IMG/VR virus record: IMGVR_UViG_3300045988_126140
Span: 64,001 to 128,000 of that record
Length of the DNA: 64,000 bases
Direction: 5' to 3' (one strand)
Source of the DNA: a virus
This document shows positions 1-9,826 of the stretch, in pieces (the first letter of the stretch is position 1; each line of letters starts with the position of its first letter). The translations under genes and the position numbers were made by a program. The notes below the pieces were generated by a model. It had not been told where the DNA came from. It made no database searches and saw only the letters and a list, made by a program, of their open reading frames with translations.

Positions 1-3000
1 CTGTTTTGAAAACTGTTTAATACTTCGTCTATATTACTTACATTTCCTTCTACATCAAATGTGAAACCATATTTAGATAAACTTTCTTGATATGTAGGAA
101 TCTTATTTTTCATATTAGTCATTAAATCCATTTGTTTAGATAGTTGTTCATTCATGAGTTTTAATTTTTCTTCTGTTAATTTAATTGTATCTACTCCATT
201 TGAATTTTCTAGTTTAACATCTATTATATCAATTTTATTTCCTAGTATATCAAATTGATTTTTTAATTTAGTTATGGCGTTGCTAAATTTATACAATTTA
301 TCTTCTCTAGTTAGCTTTTCAATTTCGTCATTATTTTCTTTGATTGTATTTTTCATTTCTTGCCATTGTTCTTCACAACTAAATAAATCACTTTGTTGTA
401 TATCATAATATTTATTAGCTAAATTTGTAAGTTTATCCAATTCTTCTTTATATTTACTAGCTTTATCACTTGCTGTATTATTTGAAGAACTACTAGAAGA
501 GTTACTTTTAGAAGATTTATCAGCTATATCTTGAAGTCGTTTATATTCTTTTTGCATAGCTAATAATTTTTCTTCATAGTTAGTCATATTCCCATCTTCA
601 TTAAATTGGAATCCTTCTTTTTGAAGCTTTTGTTGAAGTGTTTCTCTTTCAGAAATTAAATCGTCATAATATTCCTTTTGAAGTTTTGCTTGTTCTTCTA
701 GTAATTTATTTTTTTGTTTAAGGTATTTAATTTTTTCAGTACCTACTGCTTTTTCCATTTGTTTATCTAATAATGAAGTCTTCTTAGTTACTGTTTCAAT
801 TCTGTATTGCAATTCTTTAAATAGTTCAACAGAGTATTCAATCATATCTAATACATCTTGATATTTAAGACTTATAGGAGTTAAAGCAGTTTCTACATCA
901 CCTATGCTATTAAAATCTCTCGTAGCATATGTACTTATTCCACCAGAACCATCTGAAGTAGGAGTTGCTGTGTTTGCATCATTTGCAGTTACTACAGGTT
1001 GTGGAGTTACCATCGGTGTAGCACTCAACTGCTCTACAGAATAAGGATTATCTTCTATATTAGAAAATTCACCTATAGAATCTCCCCACATTACTGATTT
1101 TCCCTTTCCACTATGAGGAACTTTTGATTTACCTTTTTCTGTATAGGTTAAAGTAGCCATTATTGATATACTTCGTGGTATTTCTTTTATTTGTTGTTTC
1201 AAACTATCTAGTTTGCTTGCTACATCGGCACTATTACTAATTATTTTAATATATTTCTCTGGAATTTTTAATCCTTGAAGTGCATAAAGTTGCTGTAATG
1301 CTTGAAAAGCCATTACGGTAACATCTACAACTTTATTTTTTAATTGTATAGCATCTACAGTTCCAAGTTCATCTAATGCGTTAGATAATGCTACTCCAAC
1401 TTCAATTTGTTTTTCTGCTGGTAATCGCCCTATTAAGTCCATTACGGTTGCTATGTCACCTTGAGCTAAAGCTTTATCTATTTTTACTTTTATGTCTTTT
1501 TCATCTTTTTTATTTAATAGACTATCTATTTCAGCTTTAGCAGTTTTTATTGTATCTTCACCTAAAACATTTATATGACAACTTGTTACTGCTTCTGGAT
1601 GGTTAAATACCCATTGAATCATGTCTTCATAAGATTCTAATTTAGATAAATCTTCAATGTTATTTTTAAAGAATGTTTCAATGTCTTTATCTTTACCTCT
1701 TAAATTATCCATTAATTTGGCATAATTTTCAACTTGGTCAGTATTTTCTATATTCGCTCTTAAAGTTTTTACTATTTCATCTTTTCCGTCAAATTGTTTA
1801 AAACTTGCAAAAGCGTCATCTATTTTCTTTTTATCGTCATCAGATACAGCATATTCTCCTGTAACAAATAATTTACCTACGTCTATTTTACCTTTTCCAA
1901 ATTGTTTATCTACAAGATTTTGAACGTCTTGAATTAAATTATTTCTAGTTTCTTCATCATCTTCTACATAAATTTGAGATAATTTAGCTGTTAATTCCAT
2001 ATCGTCTAAAGAAAATTCATTGTCATCCATCAATCGATTTACCAAGTCTTTTACTTTGTCTGGTAAATTACTATCTTCTAAAGTGGCTTTAACTTCTTTG
2101 ATGTTATAAACCATTTTTCCGTCTTTTTCTACTGTATCAAGACCACTTAAATCTTGAAGAAAATTATTGTAAGCGTCCCATGTTGCCATTAAATCTTTAG
2201 TTTCTTTATCTGTCATGTTTATGTTTTTACCAAAAGAACGTAAATAAGCATCCATAGCATTTTGAGCCATTTTAGCACTTTCTGGCAATTCCACCATACT
2301 TCTAGCTACATCTTCATTTACTCCCCATAATTTAGCTAAAGAAGGGATTAATTTTTCAATTCCTTGTTCGTAAGCAGTAATGTCGCTTGTGTCTGCATAT
2401 GCTTGTTGCAAATCATACAATTTTCTTATTGACTTATCTATTGTTCCAGAATCAAACATTTTCTTCATATTTGATTCAAATAAACTTTGTTGTCCACTTG
2501 TTAATTGAGAAAAATCTAATCCATTTACAACTTCTATCATTTCAGATTGAACGTCACTTTTTAATTTACTAAAACCATCACCTATAGACAAAGAGTTTAC
2601 TATACTTTTATTTATTTTTTGAGATTCGGCACTTATTTTTGCTTCGGCATCTACAACTGCCTCTTTAGCACTAGCGTAAGTATCACTTAATTTAGCAAGC
2701 CTTTCTGAATAATCTTCTAGCCATGCTGAATCACCTGTTTGAGTAAATGTATTGTTAAGTTCACTTTTCTTTTTTCTGATGTTTTCTATTTGTCTATTAT
2801 ATTCCTTAATTGCTTGTTTATTGAAAGCCCCATCTTTACCAGCAAATCCTTGTCCTTCATTCATTTTGTCTGTAGCGTTTCTTTGTTGGTCTTTATATTC
2901 TTGATTCAGAGCCTCTTGTTGTTTCTTGATTAATTTATCATATTTTGCAATTAATTTATCAATATCTCCACCCATCGATAAAATCGGGTTATTATCTTTA

Positions 3001-3014
3001 TCATACAATATCTT
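1..3014 (-). CDS. tail tape measure protein, last exon visible (ORF runs off the window at position 1)
   Basis: I translated the minus strand by hand. It is open from 3014 to position 1 (KILYDKDNNPILSMGGDIDKLIAKYDKLIKKQQEALNQEYK...). It is coiled-coil-like and rich in K/E/Q/L. It is absent from the ORF track, probably because no stop falls inside the window. It follows in frame from the upstream exons once the intron is removed. Confidence 0.7.
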
Positions 3015-3362
3015 CACATAAGGTCGTTAATCTTATGCAGTTCTCTTATGAACTTCTCTAGTTTTCACTAGACGTTGAGACTATATCTTTACCTATTACT
3101 AGGCACATACCGCTTCCACTCACTTAAGTGTACTCTCTTTCGAGATAGTCGTTGAAGTTTAATTATTTTATTAATTATTTAAATTAAATCTTTTAAACAA
3201 TTAATAAAATAATTCTTACCTGCTGATTGCCCAATCCTTAAACTTTTTAAAACCATCACGCTTATCATTGCTAATTACGTTGTGGTATTAAGGCTCTAAG
3301 GGGTTTCCAGCAATTCAATATGTTTTCTAATAATAATTTCTTATTATAGGGGCTATTTATTA
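3015..3362 (-). ncRNA. group I intron, family A, in the tape measure gene (boundaries +/- a few nt)
   Basis: The minus-strand RNA carries all four classical group I core elements. P-like AAUUGCUGGAAA, Q AAUCAGCAGG, R UUCAACGACUA and S AAGAUAUAGUC, with GACUA/UAGUC able to form P7. A GNRA hairpin UCUC-GAAA-GAGA follows R. The 5' exon ends GGGU and can pair with GCCC 10 nt downstream, giving the U-G wobble. The intron ends in G. A stop codon lies just inside the intron, and removal restores the reading frame. Confidence 0.75.
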
Positions 3363-4253
3363 ACCCAAGACAATATCTTCGCCACAAATATCAATTATTT
3401 GTTGTTGTAACTCTTTAAATCTTTCTTGCTGTTCAGAAGTTTTATCTACTGTATCGTATAATTTTTTATATTCGTCTCTAATATTTGAAAGATTTGTTTT
3501 TGCTTTTGTTGAGCTATTTACTTTATTGTTTAAATTGGTTATATTTTCTGCATTTTCTTCTAAAGCATCATTAAGTTTATTAGCCTCGTCTGTAAAATGT
3601 TGAATAACTTTACCTATTCCCCATGATACGAGCATACCTATACCCATATTTACAACGCCCATAGCTAAATTCATAGCTCCTAAAGCTATTTTTGTTCCTA
3701 ATGCTTTAGCCTCTACACCTGCTAAAGCACTTCTAACTGCTGTTAATCCAGAGGCAAATACCCCAGATGATTGACGAGCTTCTTTAAATGAAGTACCTAT
3801 TCCTTTTATTACATTCCAAGATTTTCCAAGATAACTAGCTTGAAATCCTTCTCTTATTGTTGCAAAGAATCCTGGATTAGTAGTTCCAATCATTGTAGCA
3901 CTAGATGCTTGTCGTGTTGCAGTGGCTTGTCCTTCTAATGCAGTAGTTGTACTTAAAGCTTCGGCTTTTAATCTTCTTTCTTGATTAATTAATGCTTCAA
4001 ATCCACCGCTTCGATTAAATTTTAATGATTGAAAAAGACCAGAAATTGCACCTGCTATTACGGGTAATCCTACACCCATGTCATCTATATACTTAACAAA
4101 TTTATCTAACATGTCTAAAGCGCTTATACCAATGTCTAAAAATCCTTTTGCCGTATTTCCACTTACAGCAGTATTGACTATACTTCTCCATTTTTCTTGA
4201 AGTAATGTAAGTTTCCCTTGTACGGAGTCTATATATCTTGCATTCGTTATCTT
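3363..4253 (-). CDS. tail tape measure protein, exon 4
   Basis: This is track ORF 3360..4256 trimmed to the inferred splice sites. Ala/Gly-rich hydrophobic segments are typical of tape measure proteins. Confidence 0.7.
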
Positions 4254-4645
4254 CACATAAATTCGCTACATCTATGCAGTTCTCTTATGAACTTCCTATA
4301 CTTTCATATAGAGTCGAGACTATTTCTTCACCTTCAGCATTATCTGTTAAGGGCAAAGTATTTCCACTATCAATAGCTTATAGTGTACGGTTTCACAACC
4401 TAGTCGTTGAAAGTTTAATCTAATTTATTAATTATTTTTAAATCTTTAAATGATTTTTAACTGTATTAGATTAATACTTGCATGAACACCCATTGTTTAA
4501 GATTACTTAGGATTTAACCATATAATCATCCTTACGTTTTTTCTACTTTCGTACCTTCACGCTTATTGTTGCCAATTACGTTGTGGTGTAAGGCTTTAGG
4601 GATTACCTGCTTTTAACTTTGTGTCCTACGCACATTTCTGTACGT
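4254..4645 (-). ncRNA. group I intron, family A, in the tape measure gene (5' end uncertain, 4641-4650)
   Basis: It shares R (UUCAACGACUA), S-like (GAAGAAAUAGUCUC) and the 3' tail with the 3015..3362 intron. Its 5' half matches the capsid-gene intron (UAGGACACAA..GCAGGUAAU..UAAAGC..UACACCA). The hairpin after R covaries: GGUU-GUGA-AACC. Confidence 0.65.
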
Positions 4646-4769
4646 ACGGAGAATGTTGTTTCTCTTTCATTGAAGAGCCGAAAGTGTCACCATTTTCGTA
4701 CTCTTTCATAAATTTTTCAGCTTGACTCCAGTTACTCATTATTGCTGTGAAAACATTTAACTGGTTTTT
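4646..4769 (-). CDS. tail tape measure protein, micro-exon 3 (about 40 codons, ends approximate)
   Basis: An open stretch, KNQLNVFTAIMSNWSQAEKFMKEYENGDTFGSSMKE..., lies between two intron-like elements. It continues the '...AEAIAG' motif of exon 2 in the manner of tape measure core regions. Confidence 0.5.
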
Positions 4770-5107
4770 CGGTTTATTATCGTAAAGGCTTTTTATCCTC
4801 TACTTCTTATAGTTTCCTATAAGCCTAGCATACATTTTCACCCTCGTTTAACGTTAGGTATTGATGGTTGCAAACCCATCTCAAACATTACTATATAATG
4901 CTGTGGAGGAGGCTCGTGGTAGGATTATTGCTAACAATATCGCTCACCTACTATGCGTTACGGATGTTCTCTGTTAAGACACCCTCGGTATTACCACTAT
5001 CCATACAGGACTTAGGCTCTCTTACCACCTTAATCTTTTGATTTAGTTGACCGATACACCCCTCTAATCTACATGATATTTCTACCATGAGTGGCAAAAA
5101 TAATTTT
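4770..5107 (-). ncRNA. group I-like intron, family B, in the tape measure gene
   Basis: It shares blocks with the introns at 5279..5609 and 25922..27337: GGGG..AUCGGUC, GGUAAGAGAGCCUAAGUC, UAAUACCGAG and the 3' tail GAUAAUAAACCG. The upstream frame meets a stop shortly after the inferred 5' splice site. The core is less clearly canonical than in family A. Confidence 0.55.
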
Positions 5108-5278
5108 ACCTGCTATCGCTTCAGCTACAGAAGATTTACTTTTCTTATCTAACTTGTCCCACATTCCTGCTATATCACCCATGATGTCATAGAAATCTCT
5201 AACTTGACCATTTGAGTCATGCATATCAATTCCAGTTATTTTTTCTATAGCCATTGCTGTTTTATTCATTGAAATACT
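5108..5278 (-). CDS. tail tape measure protein, exon 2 (conserved core)
   Basis: SISMNKTAMAIEKITGIDMHDSNGQVRDFYDIMGDIAGMWDKLDKKSKSSVAEAIAG resembles the conserved core of TP901-type tape measure proteins. The N-terminal 20 codons of track ORF 5069..5338 are intron sequence. Confidence 0.65.
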
Positions 5279-5609
5279 CGAATTGTTATTATCATGAAGT
5301 TTTTTATCTTCATCTCTGGAAGTTTCCTTCATTTTCATCGATTGGTCATTTCCAATCCAGTCTGGCGTACATATTCCATCTTATATAAGACAGTCGGAGA
5401 CTCTTGGAGGGATTATATTCTAATTTAGGTTCACCCTCTACGCTCTACATTATTAAATAAGTTTTAATTTATTCAATTAACTCGGTATTAACTTATCTTT
5501 ATTAATTATTTTTAAGACTTAGTCTTTCTTACCATATGTATTACTACATATACGACCGATTTTCCCCGAACCGGCAATATTATTTACCGTCTTTAGCACT
5601 TGTTTTCCA
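5279..5609 (-). ncRNA. group I-like intron, family B, in the tape measure gene
   Basis: The 5' exon end GCUGGU can pair with GCCGGU about 30 nt downstream, giving a U-G at the splice site. There is a GNRA hairpin AUAUGUA-GUAA-UACAUAU. The intron ends ...AAUAACAAUUCG. It is collinear with the terminase intron but lacks that intron's ORF. Confidence 0.6.
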
Positions 5610-7616
5610 ACCAGCCATATTTTGCATGATTGTTTTTAAACCATTACCTAATTTACTTGCATTTTGTAACGGTTCTTGACCTGCAATTATAATACCAACT
5701 AACTCTTGCATACTAACGCCTAATGTTTTTGCTACGGAAGCTGAACGCATCATTGCTTCAGATACGTCTTTACCTGTAACAGCATAGTTGTTGTTTGCAT
5801 AGTTGACCATATCCATCATTTGCATCATTTTGGTAGTTTCTTTGGTGTTACCTTTGACTTTCATTGTGACTTTATCTAATGAGTTTGCAACACCACCATA
5901 AGATGCTAATGTTGATTTCAAGTATTTATCTGCATCTGCTTGGCTTGTATCTATAACGTTGGCAAACATAGATGCGTTTTTAGCATATTGTAAAGCTTTG
6001 CTGACATTATGGAAACCAGATTGTAATGCCTCGGCAGTGGAATCAATTATATCAATACTACTTCTGGCAACCTCTTGACCTGCCTCACTTGCTTTTTGAG
6101 TTAACCAATCTAATTGTTTAGCTGTTCCTGTAAAGGTATCTGGTGCAACCTTTAATAATTTTTTAATTGCTGTATCAGTATCAACAATAGTCTTAGGGAT
6201 TGAAGATATAGCTTGAGTAATAACTCTAGCAAACATATTCGGTATTGAATACATTGACAACATAGAGGATAGAGAACTGAAAAATCCCGACGTTTTTCTA
6301 GTTGTATTTCCTAGTATATTCATTGCTTGAGTTGCACTTCTAGCACTATTAGTAACTCCGTTTATACCATTTCCGTTAATATTAGATAAACTACTAGAAA
6401 AAGTACTCACATCTTTAGTTAACGCTTTTAATTCTGCATCTCTATCTTTTAAATTACTCATATTAGCTATCGTTTGCAATCTTTGTCTAAATTCTTCTAT
6501 TTTAGATGACGAAGCTCCTAACTCTTGACATCTTCTTGTTAGGTTCGTTAAATCTTGAGATACTTTATTAAAATCTGCATCAAATTTTACATTAGCTCTT
6601 TTAGTAGAAATTTCACTCTCAAATTGTTTATATTTATTTTCACATTCCGATATTTTATTTTTTAAACCATCAAATTCAGCTTTAGCACCTTCTGTATTAG
6701 GGTCTATATTTCGCAGTTTTGATTGATATTGTTCTATTTGAGTTATTAGCTCTTGTATTCCAGATGTATTAGCAAATTTACTCGTTCCTAATTCAGCAAG
6801 TTTAGCTTTAAGAGATTCTAACTTAGCGACAGATGTATTTACCTTATCAGTGAATGTAATTGAGCCGTTTAATCCTTTTAATGATACTGAAACATTACTA
6901 ATCTCTGCATTTAAATTATGTATTTGTTCATATGCCTTGTCGGATTTTAATATTTGACTTAAATCAGCACCTTTAACATTATTGATTTTATTTTGAAGTT
7001 CTTGGAGTTGCCCCACCTGTGAACTTGTTAAGTTTTTATTTTTGAACATATTGTTAATTTGTTCAGAGGTGTTATTAGCCTTTTGTTGAATTTTATCAAA
7101 TGAACTTATTAAATCTCTACTTATATCTATATTAGATTTATTTTTTAAGTTATCCATTTTTTGTGCAGTAGATTGCATCTCGCTGTTAATTTTTGACAAC
7201 TTAGATTCTAACTCGTTATAAGCTTGAGTATTTATAGTTTTAGACATTTGTTTTTGAAGTGATTCTGATTGTTTTTGTAAAACTTTATATTTAGCTATAG
7301 TATTATCTAATTCTTTATTACCAGTAGAAGTCTTAGTAGAACCACTGCCAAATAAATTTTTCTGTACGTCTTTACTTAAAGAATTTATTTCTTTCAAAGT
7401 ATTCTGTATCTGCTTAAGATTGTTTAATTGGTCGTCTTTAAGTTTAAAAGCATTATTTAATACTTTTTGAAGTTCCTCCATTTGAGATTTCATTTTTGTC
7501 GTATCAAATTTCAGATTAACTTCTTTTTTTTCTAATTTCTCTTTCAATTTTGCAACTTCTTGTTCTGCTCCACTTCCGTCTACAGAAGTTTTTAATCTAA
7601 TAGTTAAATCTGCCAT
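5610..7616 (-). CDS. tail tape measure protein, exon 1
   Basis: This is track ORF 5580..7616 trimmed at the inferred 5' splice site. A long coiled-coil N-terminal part is followed by ...GNGLKTIMQNMAG, which continues into exon 2. Confidence 0.75.
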
Positions 7617-7637
7617 ATATTAATCTCACCTGCCTTT

Positions 7638-8081
7638 CTATATAACATCTAAACCTTGCTCTATTAAATATTGTTTCAATTCAGATGGTATTTGTTGAGC
7701 TATTTTAGCTTGTGAATCTGGTATAATAGTTGTTGGAGGATAATAAGCAACTGTAGAATCGCTTTTAAAACTCCAAACTTTACCTGCTTCCCAACCTATA
7801 ATAGGAAAGAAATGCTCTCCCGTTAATACACTTGTCCAGTCCCCATTATCTTGAAATTCTACTACAGCACAATTCATATCAATGCTTGATATTTGTGCTA
7901 TTTCTCCCATTTGTCCTGTACGTCCATATGCAGATGGTTCATGGTCAGCATATATTTGTTCATTTACTTCTCGTTGCATTATTTCTACCATTTTATTTGC
8001 CATAGGTGTCATAGCCGTAGAAACAACGGATTTAATATAATTGACTGCACTTTCAATATCATTTACAACCAAATTAATCAC
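7638..8081 (-). CDS. hypothetical virion/tail-assembly protein
   Basis: A 147-aa ORF lies immediately upstream of the tape measure gene and overlaps the preceding ORF by 8 nt. Function not recognised. Confidence 0.6.
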   Translation of the reverse strand: MINLVVNDIESAVNYIKSVVSTAMTPMANKMVEIMQREVNEQIYADHEPSAYGRTGQMGEIAQISSIDMNCAVVEFQDNGDWTSVLTGEHFFPIIGWEAGKVWSFKSDSTVAYYPPTTIIPDSQAKIAQQIPSELKQYLIEQGLDVI

Positions 8082-8538
8082 CTTTTTTCATTTCTTTTAT
8101 TTCCTCTTCCAATTTTTCACATTGTTTATTTAATATTTCTAATTTTTCAGCCTCTAATAATATTCTTTTGCTTAAAGTTAATGAAGTCATATTTGCTAAT
8201 AGATTTTGTTTTTCTAACATGGCTTCTATAACAATTTCACTTACTATTTCATCTACGTCTTGTGCAATAAACATTAATTCTTTTTTACCCTTATTTATTG
8301 ATTTTATTAAATCTTCGCCTAATTCTAAATCCGTAGCTAATTCAAATGCTTTTTTATATATAAGTTCCATTAATGCTTTTTCTTCTAATCCTTGCTCTAG
8401 TCCTTTAGATATTTTTTCTTTTAATTCATTTCTATTCTCGCCAAATATATTATAAACTAAAACAGTTTCTATTTCGTTATTTATTTCCACGTCATATGAA
8501 CTTCTAATCATATCTAATGTTAAATCACTTAATTTCAT
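8074..8538 (-). CDS. acidic helical protein, possible tail assembly chaperone
   Basis: A 154-aa ORF, acidic and helical, sits two genes upstream of the tape measure gene. The 15-mer AAAATAATTAATAAA plus GGGAG RBS lie directly upstream. Confidence 0.5.
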   Translation of the reverse strand: MKLSDLTLDMIRSSYDVEINNEIETVLVYNIFGENRNELKEKISKGLEQGLEEKALMELIYKKAFELATDLELGEDLIKSINKGKKELMFIAQDVDEIVSEIVIEAMLEKQNLLANMTSLTLSKRILLEAEKLEILNKQCEKLEEEIKEMKKGD

Positions 8539-8723
8539 TTCTTAATCTCCCTTCTTTATTAATTATTTTAATATCTTTCCACTTTTATTTATTTTTATAA
8601 AACAAAATAGGAGAAGGAATTAATCCTCTCCTATTTCACACATTATACAAATAGTAATTAGAGTTATAACACACAGCTGGTTTTGTATACGTTTATATTA
8701 TGTGTTTATTTTAAATTTTTATA

Positions 8724-8749
8724 CGCAATATTTTTAAATTGCGAACTTA
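8724..8749. repeat. 26-bp palindromic element CGCAATATTTTTAAATTGCGAACTTA, copy 3
   Basis: It is identical over 26 bp to 11499..11524 and abuts the stop codon of the small ORF 8747..8881. Confidence 0.8.
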
Positions 8750-8881
8750 CACTAATGAATCTCCATATCCGTCATAACCATCTTGTTTTAATATATCAAG
8801 TGTTGATTCTTTAAACATTTTTGGTACTTGTTCTATTGTTCTAAGTTTCTTTATAATTAAATTAGCATATATTCTTGCCAT
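8747..8881 (-). CDS. small conserved tail-module protein (44 aa, below the track cutoff)
   Basis: MARIYANLIIKKLRTIEQVPKMFKESTLDILKQDGYDGYGDSLV. Its ATG overlaps the upstream stop (TAATG). Small proteins of this style commonly follow tail-fibre genes in Firmicute phages; this is from memory, not searched. Confidence 0.55.
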   Translation of the reverse strand: MARIYANLIIKKLRTIEQVPKMFKESTLDILKQDGYDGYGDSLV

Positions 8882-9246
8882 TATTTAGCACCTCCTTCTT
8901 GTAAAGCTAGAATCATTTCAGTTAATTCTGCTAATGCCTCTTCATGTTCAGTGTCCACATTTTTAAGTTGTGTTATTTTTTCATCTATAGTCAGTTCTTG
9001 TTCTATTAAATCCATTTGTTTTACCGCATACACGATTGTTATTGTTGTATCTTGTTCTGTATATCCTGTTATTACTAGATATTCAGTATCTGCATTATAA
9101 CTTGGTTGTTGGTCTATCACTTCTTTAAATCCATATCTAGTCATTAGTGCAACAGATTTGTTAAAACCTACTATTGTTCTACCATCATTTAATTTGTAAT
9201 TTTGTGGAGCATATTCTAATGCTTCATTATTTAATTTTGCATACAT
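8881..9246 (-). CDS. hypothetical protein, tail-fibre module accessory
   Basis: A 121-aa ORF with an RBS, in the fibre cassette. Confidence 0.6.
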   Translation of the reverse strand: MYAKLNNEALEYAPQNYKLNDGRTIVGFNKSVALMTRYGFKEVIDQQPSYNADTEYLVITGYTEQDTTITIVYAVKQMDLIEQELTIDEKITQLKNVDTEHEEALAELTEMILALQEGGAK

Positions 9247-9259
9247 ATTATTTTACCTC

Positions 9260-9826
9260 CTATTTTTTATAAGAAAATTTACCTGTACCTAAATTATAAA
9301 AATATTGTTGTGTTACTTCATCCCACAAACAAGCTACTCCTTTATTATCTAAGCAGGGTCTATAATCTCTAATAAGTTTATCGTTTTCTGATATTTTAAA
9401 ATAATTCAAAATCATTCGTGCATATGATTTATTAGAATTACTGCCAAATATGTATATTGGTTCTGTACTATCGAAATTAAAAACCATACCATCTTCAACA
9501 GTTTCTACTTCATCTATTGTAAAAGACTTATTTTTACTTTTAATTATATGTGGAACGTTATATTTACAATTAGAAAAATAATACACAACTGAATTTACTG
9601 TTAATGCATATCTATTATCATAATTTCTAAATCCTTTAATTTGTGAATTACCAAATTCAAAACTTCTATCGCCTAAGGGAGTATAATTAAACTCAAACAC
9701 ACTATTTATATTCGGAACATAATTAGTATTTATATATTGGTTTCCAGAACTCTCTATATAAGATACATAATCTACATTTATTTTATTTTTAACGTTATTA
9801 AATAATAATTTATGCGACATACTCAA
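9260..9826 (-). CDS. hypothetical protein, tail-fibre module
   Basis: A 188-aa ORF that overlaps the upstream fibre gene by 17 nt. Confidence 0.6.
   Translation of the reverse strand: MSMSHKLLFNNVKNKINVDYVSYIESSGNQYINTNYVPNINSVFEFNYTPLGDRSFEFGNSQIKGFRNYDNRYALTVNSVVYYFSNCKYNVPHIIKSKNKSFTIDEVETVEDGMVFNFDSTEPIYIFGSNSNKSYARMILNYFKISENDKLIRDYRPCLDNKGVACLWDEVTQQYFYNLGTGKFSYKK

Noticed and set aside
2387-2933. Plus-strand track ORFs 2387..2572 and 2739..2933
   Set aside because: They lie antisense inside the long open minus-strand tape measure exon. They are leucine/phenylalanine/isoleucine-rich low-complexity shadows of an AT-rich coding strand and have no RBS.
4238-4423. Track ORF 4238..4423 (+), ORF 19348..19638 (+) and the first ~20 codons of ORF 5069..5338 (-)
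   Set aside because: They fall inside the intron-like structured elements, so the open frames are incidental.
8070-8095. Possible programmed frameshift at GAAAAAAGG joining 8074..8538 to 7638..8081 (tail chaperone G/GT style)
   Set aside because: The downstream ORF is in the +1 frame, not the -1 frame, relative to the upstream one. The A-run is not in the X XXY YYZ register. A GTG start with translational coupling explains the 8-nt overlap.
7893-8455. Plus-strand ORFs 7893..8231 and 8168..8455. Similar antisense or overlapping ORFs are 10232..10438, 12585..12995, 14259..14474, 15722..15931, 21642..21926, 22053..22253, 22492..22740, 31001..31237, 31578..32000, 34159..34341 and 37374..37601.
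   Set aside because: All are embedded antisense in longer minus-strand genes that have motif or operon support. They show typical shadow composition and have no RBS.
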